A DNA stretch of 63,483 bases, filler included, from Chrysochromulina tobinii (taxonomy: Eukaryota): the NCBI GenBank assembly GCA_001275005.1. It is 7 parts of 7 records of this genome, joined end to end, with 100 filler letters (N's around TTAATTAATTAA, not from the genome) between each part and the next. Parts side by side here need not be neighbours in the genome. Positions count along the whole stretch, not along the records: positions 27,795 to 37,280 come from JWZX01000412.1; positions 37,381 to 51,832 come from JWZX01000413.1; 5 more parts are not named here. The stretch is one strand, 5' to 3'. Both the position numbers and the translations under genes were made by a program. Shown in pieces: positions 32,944 to 42,496 of the stretch. Within the stretch, counting starts at the first letter, position 1, and each line of letters starts with the position of its first letter. Below the pieces are notes generated by a model. The model did not search any database, was not told the DNA's origin, and saw nothing but the letters and a program-made list of their open reading frames with translations.

Positions 32944-35900
32944 ATGTCCGTCGCTGCCGCTCAGGAGAACATCCAGGTGGCAGTGCGCATCCGGCCAGCC
33001 ACCCTGGCGGAGCGCGTTGGTTCGTTCCGCCACATGGTCAAGAAGGTCGACAGCGGCATCCTCACCTTCGACCCGGAGGAGACGTCCGATGGCCGATGCG
33101 ACCGCAAGAGCATCTTGCCAGACAAGCTGCGCCGAAAACGCATAGGGATGCGCCGCTGCAGGAATCTGAGCTACGCATATGACCATGTCTTCGACGAGGA
33201 CTGCGGCCAGTCGCTCATCTTCGAGCGCACGACGCGCCCGCTCATCGACTTTGTGACGCAGGGCTTCGCCGCGACCGTCTTCGCGTACGGCGCGACTGGG
33301 AGCGGCAAGACGCACACGATGCTCGGCAGCGCGGCGACTGGGCCGGGTGTCATGGTCCTCGCCATCGAGGCCCTCTTCGACGCGATGCACAGCGCCGAGG
33401 AGGAGCATAGCTTTGCGCTGCGCGTCTCCTACCTGGAGGTGTACAATGAGACGATTCGGGACCTGCTCGCGGTGCCCGGCGTGACAGCGCCGCCGGGCGG
33501 GCTTGAGCTGCGGCACGAGCCCACACGCGGCGTTAGCGTGTGCGGCCTCACGGAGCACGAGCCGGAGCATGCCTCTGAGGTGCTCGAGCTGATTGAGCGC
33601 GGCAATAAGGCCCGCTGCGTCGCGGAGACGGCGGCGAACGCGCAGTCGTCGCGCTCGCACGCAGTGCTGCAAATCCGGCTGCGTCGCTCGAGCCGTGCGG
33701 CAGGCGTGAAAGATGAGCTCTCGCTCGGGCAGCTCACGCTCATCGACCTCGCCGGCTCCGAGCGCGCCGCCGTTTCGCTCAACCGCGGCTCGCAGCTCAA
33801 AGAGGGTGCCAACATCAATCGCTCGCTCCTCGCGCTCGGCAACTGCATCAATGCGCTCTCGAGCGGCAAGCGCGGCTGCCACGTGCCGTACCGCGACTCG
33901 AAGCTCACGCGGCTGCTCCAAGACTCGCTCGGCGGCAACTGCCGCACGGTGATGATTGCGACCGTCTCGCCCGCCCCCGCTGCGCACGAGGATACGCACA
34001 ACACGCTCAAGTACGCGCACCGTGCGAAGGAGATCAAGGTGGCGGCGCGTACGCGCACGCAGACGGTCGAGTATGGAGTGTCCAAGTACCAGGAGCTCAT
34101 CGCCAACCTGCAGGATGAGGTGCGCCACTGGAAGCTCAAGTCCGGTCATCGCGACTCGCTCCCTTCGGCGCTCGACGCTCCCCTGCCCGGTGGACTGCTC
34201 CACGCGCCGCTCGCGCCCACACAGGTTTCGTCCACCACCGCGGCCACGAGCGCCGTGGCGGGCATCCACGCGGGCGCCGTGGTGGCCAGCCCAGTGCCGA
34301 GCCATGAGGGCGCCGAGCTCTTTGCGGCCATCGACGCGCTCTACACACGGCGCGCCTCGGCGCAGCAACAGCTGTGGGAGCTGCAGCAGGCGGCTGTCGA
34401 CGATGTGACGACGGACGATGCGCCGCCACCGCCGCCGCCGCCGCCGGATGAGAAGGGTGAGGCAGCAGCGGACCAGGCGACACGTCAGAAGTCGCACGCG
34501 CGCGTGCGCGCGCAGCTCGAGGCTGTGCTCGTCCAGAGCGACGCAGAGGAAGCGGAGGTGCGCGCGTTGCTCGAGGCGGTACGCTCTCCTGAGCGACGCG
34601 CGGTTCTCCATCAGGAGATGCGCTGCCGCCAGCTGCAGCTCGAGAACGCGCAGCTGCAGCAGCGACTGGGCGCCGCCACCGCGACCATCGCCAAGTTCAC
34701 CGCCGAGCGCTCGGCCGCTGCGCGCGCAAAGGAGTTCATCTCGATGGTGAACGCCGCCTCGGTGACGACCGAGACGTCTCTCCTCGAGCTGCATGGGATT
34801 ATACCCGGCTCGCCGGCCGTCAGTGCTGCTGGCACGCCCGCCGCCATCGCCGCCGGGGCCACCACCACCGCCGCGGAGGAGGCAGCGGCCGCCGTCGACG
34901 TGATGATCGAGCTCCTCTCTCCGCCCAAAACCCTCTTTGCTGACTGGCACGCCGCCGGCCGAAGCAGCTTATCCGTCGGCTGGCTCTTCTCGAGCGAGGG
35001 GGCGCCGGCCTCGGAGGCGGCGGCCGTCGCGGCGCCGGCGCCGGCGCCAATGCCGCTGGCGGTACCGCTCGTGCCGTCGACCCCGGCGGTACGGACCAAG
35101 GATGGTTCGTCAAGTTCGTCGGCGGTACGGACCTACGCGTCTGCGCCCGTCGGAGCTGACGCGCCAGTGGCGCCCACGCCGGCACCGACCAAGGATGGTG
35201 GCAGCGCTTGCGCCTCCACCAAGCCAGTTGGCTGGTCGACGGTGGGCGCCTCCAAGGGCAAAGGAGATGCAATCTCCAAGGGCAAGGGCCTCATCTCGCA
35301 GCTGACGAACTTTATGGCGCCCAAGAGCAGCAAGACTGCTAGCCCGACGACGACCTATCCATCCCTCAGAGATGAGGCAACGAGCGAGGTGCTTCTGGTT
35401 GCATCGGTTTCCCTTGCGCCGGCCGTCGCAGCCACCCTGTCGACGAACGCTGCTGACGTCGGCGGCGCTGCGGCGACTGTCGACGATACGGCGCCTTCCG
35501 CCGCCGCCGCACCGCCGCCCTCCGCCGCAGTGCCGCCTGCCGCCCCCGCCCCCCCCAATGCCGCCGCCGGCGACACTGCCCCCGCCGCCGCCGCGGCCTC
35601 TTCTGAGGCCGCCGAGCCGGCGACGACCCAGTCAACGTCTTGGAAGAGCTTCACAGAGATACGGCAGATGGTCGAGGGACGCGCCGAGGCGGCGAAGGCC
35701 AAGGCGGCGGCGGCGCAGGCCGAGGCGGTGCAGGCGCAGGCGCAGGCGAAGGCGGTTGCCGAGGCGAAGAAGGAGGCTCTCGCCGCCCCCGCTCCCGCCC
35801 CCGCTCCCGCTGTCGCCCATGCTGCCGCCCATGCTGCCGCCCATGTTGCTGCCGCCGCCGTCGCCACCCCCGCCGTCCTCCCCGCCGACTCCGCCTCTAG

Positions 35901-36486
35901 CGCCGCCGCTGCGTCCAAGTTTGACGCGGCGGCCGCGGCCAGCGCTGTGATCCCCACACGTCGCAACACGATCGCCGGCTCCGCGTCGCGCCCAAAATGG
36001 AACACGAACACCGCCGTCCCGCCGGCCTTTTCGAGCGCCGCGGCCGTGGCCAAGTTTGAGGCGGCCGCGGCCGAGGCACCTCGGAGCAGCCGCCGGGAGA
36101 CCGTCAACGCTCGCCCGCCGGCCTCGGCGGCGGTGGTGGCAGAGACGCCCCGAAGCAGTCGGCGAGAGACAGTCGGGACGCGTGCCGCGGCCCCTCGCGA
36201 GGTGAAGACAGTCAACGTGAGCCTGACCGGCGAGGCAGCGGCGTCAGCAACCGCGGCCGTGAGTGCAGCGGCGGCGGTGGCCAAGGTGCCGAAGGAGAAC
36301 AAGCCCCCGGACACCTCCGCCTCCAAGCCTCGGTGGAACATGGGCGCTAGCGCGTCGACGGCTGCCAAGGCGGCGATCGGGGCAGCGGCGGCGACAGTGC
36401 CCCGCCGGCTGACGAGCGCTGTCAAGGGCGAGGATACCGCTGGCAAAGACGAGCCAGCCCAAAGGATTGGCATGACCCACATCTGA
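32944..36486 (+). CDS. Kinesin-8 family motor (KIF18/KIF19-like)
   Basis: Motifs YGATGSGKTHTM, SSRSHAV, LIDLAGSER, VPYRDSKLTRLL and DTHNTLKYAHRAKEI. Confidence 0.93.
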   Translation: MSVAAAQENIQVAVRIRPATLAERVGSFRHMVKKVDSGILTFDPEETSDGRCDRKSILPDKLRRKRIGMRRCRNLSYAYDHVFDEDCGQSLIFERTTRPLIDFVTQGFAATVFAYGATGSGKTHTMLGSAATGPGVMVLAIEALFDAMHSAEEEHSFALRVSYLEVYNETIRDLLAVPGVTAPPGGLELRHEPTRGVSVCGLTEHEPEHASEVLELIERGNKARCVAETAANAQSSRSHAVLQIRLRRSSRAAGVKDELSLGQLTLIDLAGSERAAVSLNRGSQLKEGANINRSLLALGNCINALSSGKRGCHVPYRDSKLTRLLQDSLGGNCRTVMIATVSPAPAAHEDTHNTLKYAHRAKEIKVAARTRTQTVEYGVSKYQELIANLQDEVRHWKLKSGHRDSLPSALDAPLPGGLLHAPLAPTQVSSTTAATSAVAGIHAGAVVASPVPSHEGAELFAAIDALYTRRASAQQQLWELQQAAVDDVTTDDAPPPPPPPPDEKGEAAADQATRQKSHARVRAQLEAVLVQSDAEEAEVRALLEAVRSPERRAVLHQEMRCRQLQLENAQLQQRLGAATATIAKFTAERSAAARAKEFISMVNAASVTTETSLLELHGIIPGSPAVSAAGTPAAIAAGATTTAAEEAAAAVDVMIELLSPPKTLFADWHAAGRSSLSVGWLFSSEGAPASEAAAVAAPAPAPMPLAVPLVPSTPAVRTKDGSSSSSAVRTYASAPVGADAPVAPTPAPTKDGGSACASTKPVGWSTVGASKGKGDAISKGKGLISQLTNFMAPKSSKTASPTTTYPSLRDEATSEVLLVASVSLAPAVAATLSTNAADVGGAAATVDDTAPSAAAAPPPSAAVPPAAPAPPNAAAGDTAPAAAAASSEAAEPATTQSTSWKSFTEIRQMVEGRAEAAKAKAAAAQAEAVQAQAQAKAVAEAKKEALAAPAPAPAPAVAHAAAHAAAHVAAAAVATPAVLPADSASSAAAASKFDAAAAASAVIPTRRNTIAGSASRPKWNTNTAVPPAFSSAAAVAKFEAAAAEAPRSSRRETVNARPPASAAVVAETPRSSRRETVGTRAAAPREVKTVNVSLTGEAAASATAAVSAAAAVAKVPKENKPPDTSASKPRWNMGASASTAAKAAIGAAAATVPRRLTSAVKGEDTAGKDEPAQRIGMTHI

Positions 36487-37280
36487 CCTCGACATCTGAC
36501 CCTGAGTAGAGCCTGGGACGGATCTAACTCCATGATGGCAACACGTGCAGTAGCTGTCGGACCGGGTGGTTCAGGGACATGCGCGGCGTGGGGCGAGGCA
36601 GTGGCGAACGGCAAGGCGGGTGGGCAAAGATGACGCGAGCGGCGTGGCGGCACCTTAGAGGTTAGAGAGAAGACAGGAGCGCCAGAGCCGGGATGAAAGA
36701 CTCAGGGCGAGATGCGACGGGCCGTGAGCGCACTTGGGCCGTTGGGCGTCTCCGGTCTCCCGTCTGCGCATTGCGCGCCGTGTTTGACACGATAAGTTTG
36801 ACAGCCACACTAATGCGGTGCGCTGGTGGTAAGCGTCTCATACCTCTCCGCGGATCTGCGCGCCGAGGCGAGGAGGCTGGAAGCCGAGCTCTTCGGTCCG
36901 CGTGTCGCACAGGCCGGACCGGCGAGTCGACGGGCCACTCGTCGCGTGGCGGCGCGGCAGCGACAAGAGCGGGAAAGAGACGTACAGCAATGGCGATCTC
37001 GGCTACGCGACCGTGCGCCCCCGCCCCCTATTGTTGACACCTCCGCTCTTGAGCCGCGGGCGAGCGTTGACTGATGACTTTCATCAGCACCAACACTCGG
37101 CTGCTGAACACCGTACACGCTCTGTATGCCTGGGTATCCCCCTCGCCACGTGTACGTTGCCTGTTGGCGTGTGTTACTTACTTACTTACTTACGCAGTAG
37201 GCAGTAGTGGCTCCCACCCTTCGAGGCTCCCTGGCTCGCCGCGCAACGGTGTGTGCACAAGATGACTGTGCCTAGGCAAA

Positions 37281-37380
37281 NNNNNNNNNNNNNNNNNNNN
37301 NNNNNNNNNNNNNNNNNNNNNNNNTTAATTAATTAANNNNNNNNNNNNNNNNNNNNNNNNNNNNNNNNNNNNNNNNNNNN
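37281..37380. other. Artificial contig-joining linker
   Basis: 44N-TTAATTAATTAA-44N. Confidence 0.97.
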
Positions 37381-37908
37381 GTAATGCGGGTCAAAAATAC
37401 GCAATACGCAAAATGCTGAAAATACGCAAAAACAAAATACGCTGCGTATGGCGTACCTTACACTGATGCGCGGCGCGGGTCAAACAGACGCGAGACGGCT
37501 CTTACCTCTTTGACGCTCGGCTCGCGGTGGGAGCAATTGGAATTGCAAGAGGACCAAGGTCGAAGGTGGGAGTCGGGAGTGCAGAGTCGAGAGTGAGAGT
37601 CGATGTATCTGTATTTACGGCGAGGTGTGCGAGTCAAACCTGACGCATGTCACCAAATGCGCGTGTCGAACGTTACACCTCATTTTGGTCGAGGATCATG
37701 TGGCGAGTTTTCACTGTGAAGTGCGCCCATTCACAGCCAATGTTAATGATTCGACACCCAAGACACCGGTCCGGCGTACATACGTGTGCGGTTACAACTA
37801 GCTCGGGACCCCTGGACCCCCTTCTCACAGCCATAGTTCATACTCGATCATTCACACGATGGAGACCCGCATAGGTGTGGGAGTTCTCCTGGCCGTAGTG
37901 GAGGGGTT

Positions 37909-40447
37909 GTGGCACAGCAACCCCTTATGGGCGCAACGGCCGATCCATTCCTCATGGAGCACGAGCGCGCGGTCAGCCCGTCGGCCGTGCAACGCGCGGC
38001 GCTGCACATCCAGGATGCATTCGACGGCACCGAGCACGTCCATCCACGAGAAGGCCGGGCTCTGCGCCGGCTGTGGCTAGTGCACCTAGCACTGATCGTG
38101 CCGTGCCGCCTCGCCCTCGCTGGACTGGTGCTGCTCTCATTTATCGAGCAGCCACCTTGGGTCTTGGAGGCGCGCCGCCACGTGCCAAACGCCGACATCG
38201 AGACGCATTACCCCACCTTCGGCCTGCCGATGCTGCCGGTGGCGACGTCCTTGGCTGTGGAGGCGGCGCTCCTGCTCATGCTCGTGTTGGATGCGGCGTG
38301 CATGGTGATAGCTCAGGGCGTGCCCGCCGTTCTCAACAGCCGCCTACCCGTCCGCGTCTACTTGTGTGCGCTCGCTCTCGCCATCGTCGACGTCGTCGTT
38401 GCAGCTGCTGGCGAGGCCCGACGGATGGTGGAGGGTTCTGGGTGGCCATGGAAGTCGATGCGTCTCGCGTGGCATCTGCGGCTCACGATGCTCGTCCTGC
38501 GCTCCGATGATCTGCTGAGCGCTTTCGACTTGGTGCGCCGCTCCATCCCGAGGTTTGGTGGCGTCTTCTTCGTCCTCGTCCTGTACGTGCTCATCTACGG
38601 ATGGGCAGCTGTGCTCCTGTTTCGGCGCGCGGAGGAAGGTGTGAGCGACTTCGACACGCTGGCGGAGGCGATTTGGACACTCTTGATCACGCTCACCACC
38701 GCCAACTTCCCGGACGTCATGATGCCCTTCTACGCACGCTCCCGCCTCGTCGTGCTCTTCTTCGCCCCGTACCTCCTCATAGGCCACATCTTCCTTCTCA
38801 ACCTAGTCCTCGCCGTCGTGGTCCATGCGTACTCGGAGAACCGGGCGGCGCTCGCCACTGGTGCCACTGATTGCCATGGATTGCCACTGATTGCCACGGA
38901 TTGCCACGGATTGCCACTGAGTGCCACCCTGAGTGCCTCCCTCATCAGGTGTCGCCGAGCGACGGCGCACCTCGCTGGCACGCGCGTTCCGCGAGCTCGA
39001 CGCGAGCCGCGCTGGTCGGCTCCCGCGGGACGTCGTCACGGGCTTGTACCAAGAGCTACGCCACTACCGTGAGCTCCTCGAGCCCGCCGCGCTCGACACG
39101 GCGCTCTTTTTCGCCGCGCTCGATCGCTCGGGCGACGGCTGGGTCGATGCGGACGAGTTCACACGGCTGTGTGAACTCCTCCAGGTGGGCTTCCAGCGAG
39201 CGCCTCGGCGCACTTGGTTTGAGAGCCTCGCCCCTTCGCTCGCAGCCTCGGCTGGCTGGCGACGTACACGGGAGCTGTTGCTCTCGAGCAGCTTCGAAGA
39301 CGGGATCGACGCATTGCTCTTGATGACTGGGGCGGCCCTCGTCCTCGAAGGAGAGCAGTTCCTCTACAGCGGCGCTCCGGAAGACTTCGACTCGCGCCCC
39401 AATAGCGTGTGGAATGTGCTCGAGCTCCTCTTCGCCGCCGCCTTCGCGCTCGAGATGGCGCTCAAGCTCGCGGCTCTGGGCTGGTCCAAGTACATGGGCT
39501 CGCTCAAGAACACCTTCGACGCCCTTGTCACCGTCGCCACCTGCGTCGTTGCCATCATCGTCTATGTGCCCAACGCCTTCAACGACTCACGCCTCATTCG
39601 CCTCGTCCTGCTCACGCGGCTGCTGCGCCTGCTGCGCCTACTCCACTGGTCAGTGCACGTGCGATCGGTCTCCGTCACCTTTCTGTACGCGTGGCCGCAA
39701 GCGGTCAAATTGGGCAAGATGCTCTTCTGCATGCATTACGCCTTCGGGGCGCTCGGCGTCTTTTGCTTTGGCGGGCTCATCAACACAGACTCGCAGCGGA
39801 CCGAGTTGGAGCTGTTGCAGGCGTCAAGCTTCGGCAAGGCGAACTATTACCCGAACAACTTCAACGACCTCGCCTCGGGGTTCGTGACGTGCTTTGAGCT
39901 ACTCATCGTCAACAATTGGTTCGTCCTGTGCGACGGGATCGTGGCGGCGAGCGGTACCAAGTGGTCGCGCGCCTTTTTCGTCGCTTTCTACGCAACGTCG
40001 GTACTCAGTGCTCACCATGGCGCCAAGCTGCTCGCCACCGAGTGCCACTGAGTGCCGATCCACTGCTTCCCACACTGGGTGCCACCGAGTGTAGATGCCC
40101 ATCCAATGACTCTCACTGCTTGCCACTGCTTCCCACACTGAGTGCAGGTGCTCATCGTCCTCAACGTCGCCACCGCCTTCTGCGTCGAGGCATCCCTCAC
40201 GTACATGATCGAGGCCGCTGCCGAGCGTGCCAAGCAGCGCACGGACGGGACGGGCGGGATCGTACAGCCATCGAAGGGCGCTCACCACGGCGCTCAACAC
40301 GGGTCGGATGTCATGAGTGATGGCACGAGTGATGGCACGAGTGATGGCACGGCGGGCGTCCACGACGACGCTGCTGAGAGCACGGGTGCCCGAATGGACT
40401 TCACAGGCGTCTGGCGCTGGCTTGGGCGCATCACACATGGTGTGTGA
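37909..40447 (+). CDS. TPC1: Two-pore cation channel with an EF-hand linker; exons 37909-38860, 38949-40000 and 40148-40447
   Basis: Filter I LTTANFPDVMMP, EF-hand DRSGDGWVDADEF, S4 RLLRLLRL and filter II FELLIVNNW. Two introns restore the frame. Confidence 0.9.
38861..38948 (+). other. Cassette-A intron with a (TTGCCACTGA)-type array
   Basis: Ends CTGAGTGCCTCCCTCATCAG and restores the TPC frame. Confidence 0.88.
40001..40147 (+). other. Intron carrying a cassette-B core (AGTGCTCACCATGGCGCC)
   Basis: GT..AG restores FYATS|VLIVLNVATAF. Confidence 0.82.
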
Positions 40448-40496
40448 TCGGAGAGCCCTTGGACCTGCTGCGAAATGGGGGTCGCGAGTCGCCCAC

Positions 40497-40575
40497 CTGA
40501 TGAGGGGGGAAATCAGAGGTCATCAGAGGCCATCATCATCAGAGGTCATCATCATCAGGGTCGCGAGTCGCCCAC
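40497..40575 (-). other. Orphan cassette-A intron-like insert with an 18-nt duplication, outside recognised CDS
   Basis: On the minus strand: GTGGGCGACTCGCGACCC...CCCTCATCAG|GTGGGCGACTCGCGACCC. Confidence 0.75.
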
Positions 40576-41141
40576 CCTCGGTGATGAACACCGCAACACC
40601 GGCCACACCGCGTCCAGCTCCACCCGACCGTGACCCGCCGCGCCCGGGCCAGCCGAGCCGACGCGGGCCGGGCCGTAGAGCGTACTGCCCCAGGGCGGCT
40701 GAGCTGCCTCCGAGACGCGAGAGGTCGACGCGAGAGGTGTCAGCGGTGGCCCCGCGACAATTACGTGACAAGGCGCGGTCTCCGCCGGCGCCGCGCCGCG
40801 CGCTGGCCGCGACGTTTGCGATTTTTCACGCGGCCGTTATTTCGCCCCTGAAAACCCGCTAGGTAATTTCGGTTAAAGGGTCCATTACTCCTCGTTCTTC
40901 GCGCCCGCGGCGCGCTGTCATGTCGGACTGCGCAGACTCACTCACTCACCCGGGGGCACCTTTTGCCTTCGCCATCGTCGCTACGCTGCGTCGTGTACTG
41001 GGAGTGCTCGGGGACCGACCGCAGTGAGAGGCGTGTAGCAAACGAAAAGCATACGAAAAGCAAACGACGGAGGAAGAGCACGACAGCACGTCTGTCGTCT
41101 CCAGGCAAGCATGCGTGTAGCATGCGTGTTCTCGGCGGGAA

Positions 41142-41696
41142 TCACGAAAAGGATTTGGAGCTGCCGCTCTCCTGCACGGGCGACCGAGGCAAACGAAGGT
41201 GAGACGATGCATCCATTATTCGTCATTGATGTACAAGGCGCTGGCCAATGGGGGTCGGGCCGTTTGGTAAGGAGCACGTTAAGGGGGCCGGCGCGCGAGA
41301 CGGCGCGCGAGAGGCGGCGGGCGCTTCAGGGCGTGTGCTCGGCCGGTGGGTCAGGTGAGCACCCCACACTGATGTGGCGGGGGCCGGCTGCCAGCTACCG
41401 AGCGTGGTGCTGTGCCAGAGAGTACATGCCGCTTTTGACCAGCAACCCACATCACGGGCGGCTAACGGGCGGCCGGCATTGGACGCTTGAAGACTGAGCT
41501 GTAAATGAGCTGTGGCGAGACAGGTTTCGAGGAGAGTGTTGGCACTCACCTTGCGGGTCTCACGCTTGGCGTCATTCTTCTCCTTCTTCTCAGCGGCTCT
41601 TTCGGGATTCGCCTTGGCCTTGTTCTCCTGCTTGATCTTCTTCTTCTCCGAATCGGTCAGCTTATCAGGAATCTTCTTGATGTCCTTGGGCGCCAT
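41142..41696 (-). CDS. Small basic protein (~58 aa, MAPKDIKKIPDK...RETRK|ESGSSKSFS); exons 41696-41550 and 41171-41142
   Basis: Strong AAG|GTGAGT donor. The acceptor choice (TGCAG at 41172) is inferred. Confidence 0.55.
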
Positions 41697-42496
41697 TGTA
41701 GAAACGAAGAAGGGAAGCTGCGGATAGCGAAAGACTGATGCTCTGTGGCCTTTGTCGATGTTGTCGATGGCGATGCGCGCGCCTGCTTTGTGGGGTATTT
41801 TTCGCGTTTCATAATGACGGGGCCGAATTTTCCCAATTTGTCGACAGTTGCGAGTCCTGGAGTTGCGTCTTCCCACAGGCCCCCCGCGACCACCAAACAC
41901 GGAGATCCCCCCTTCAAGCTACGCTGGCTCAGCAAATTCACAGTCGACAGCGCGTCCTCGGGCGCTCGCACCTCTCGGGCCTGCTCGGCGGGGGGTGCCG
42001 CGCGGGGTGTGCGCGCGGGGGGCCGCGCGGCGCACGCGGCCACGCGGGCCGCGGTGCCGTGAATGTTTTCAAACGTACCGTAGATCAAGGCAAAGAAAAG
42101 CTCTACGAGCTGGGGCCCTCGGGCCGCCTGCTCCCGGCGCCTGGGCCTGTGCGGCTGCGCCTCCCCGGTGAATGACGACACCAGGGTGCAGGGAACACGC
42201 CGCTATGTTTTTCCCCCGCGGAACGTCGTTACGTCCGGCTCACAGTTTAGCTCAAACAGTCACAGAGACGTTTGCATGCCACTCACTCCGCCATGCACGT
42301 GTCCCTCATTCCTAAGAAAATCCCCGCGGCACATGGACGACGCCACACCCTCCTTGTCCACACTCTGCCGGCCTGCCCGGGCATCAAGGGAAAGCTCAAG
42401 ACGGCGCTCAAGCTCCCCCCTGCCCGGGGACCCCCCGTGCGCTTCTGGCCTCTCTCGGCGCGCTCAGGGCAGCGCGCCACGCCGGTCGCGCCGTGC

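Noticed and set aside
32755..34950. 731-aa minus-strand ORF
   Set aside because: It is a shadow frame of the kinesin gene in GC-rich DNA. The same applies to 7236..8471, 46717..48684 and 56052..58250.
36826..37195. Short ORF followed by a (TTAC)n tract as a retroelement 3' end
   Set aside because: There is no recognisable domain or target duplication, so support is insufficient.
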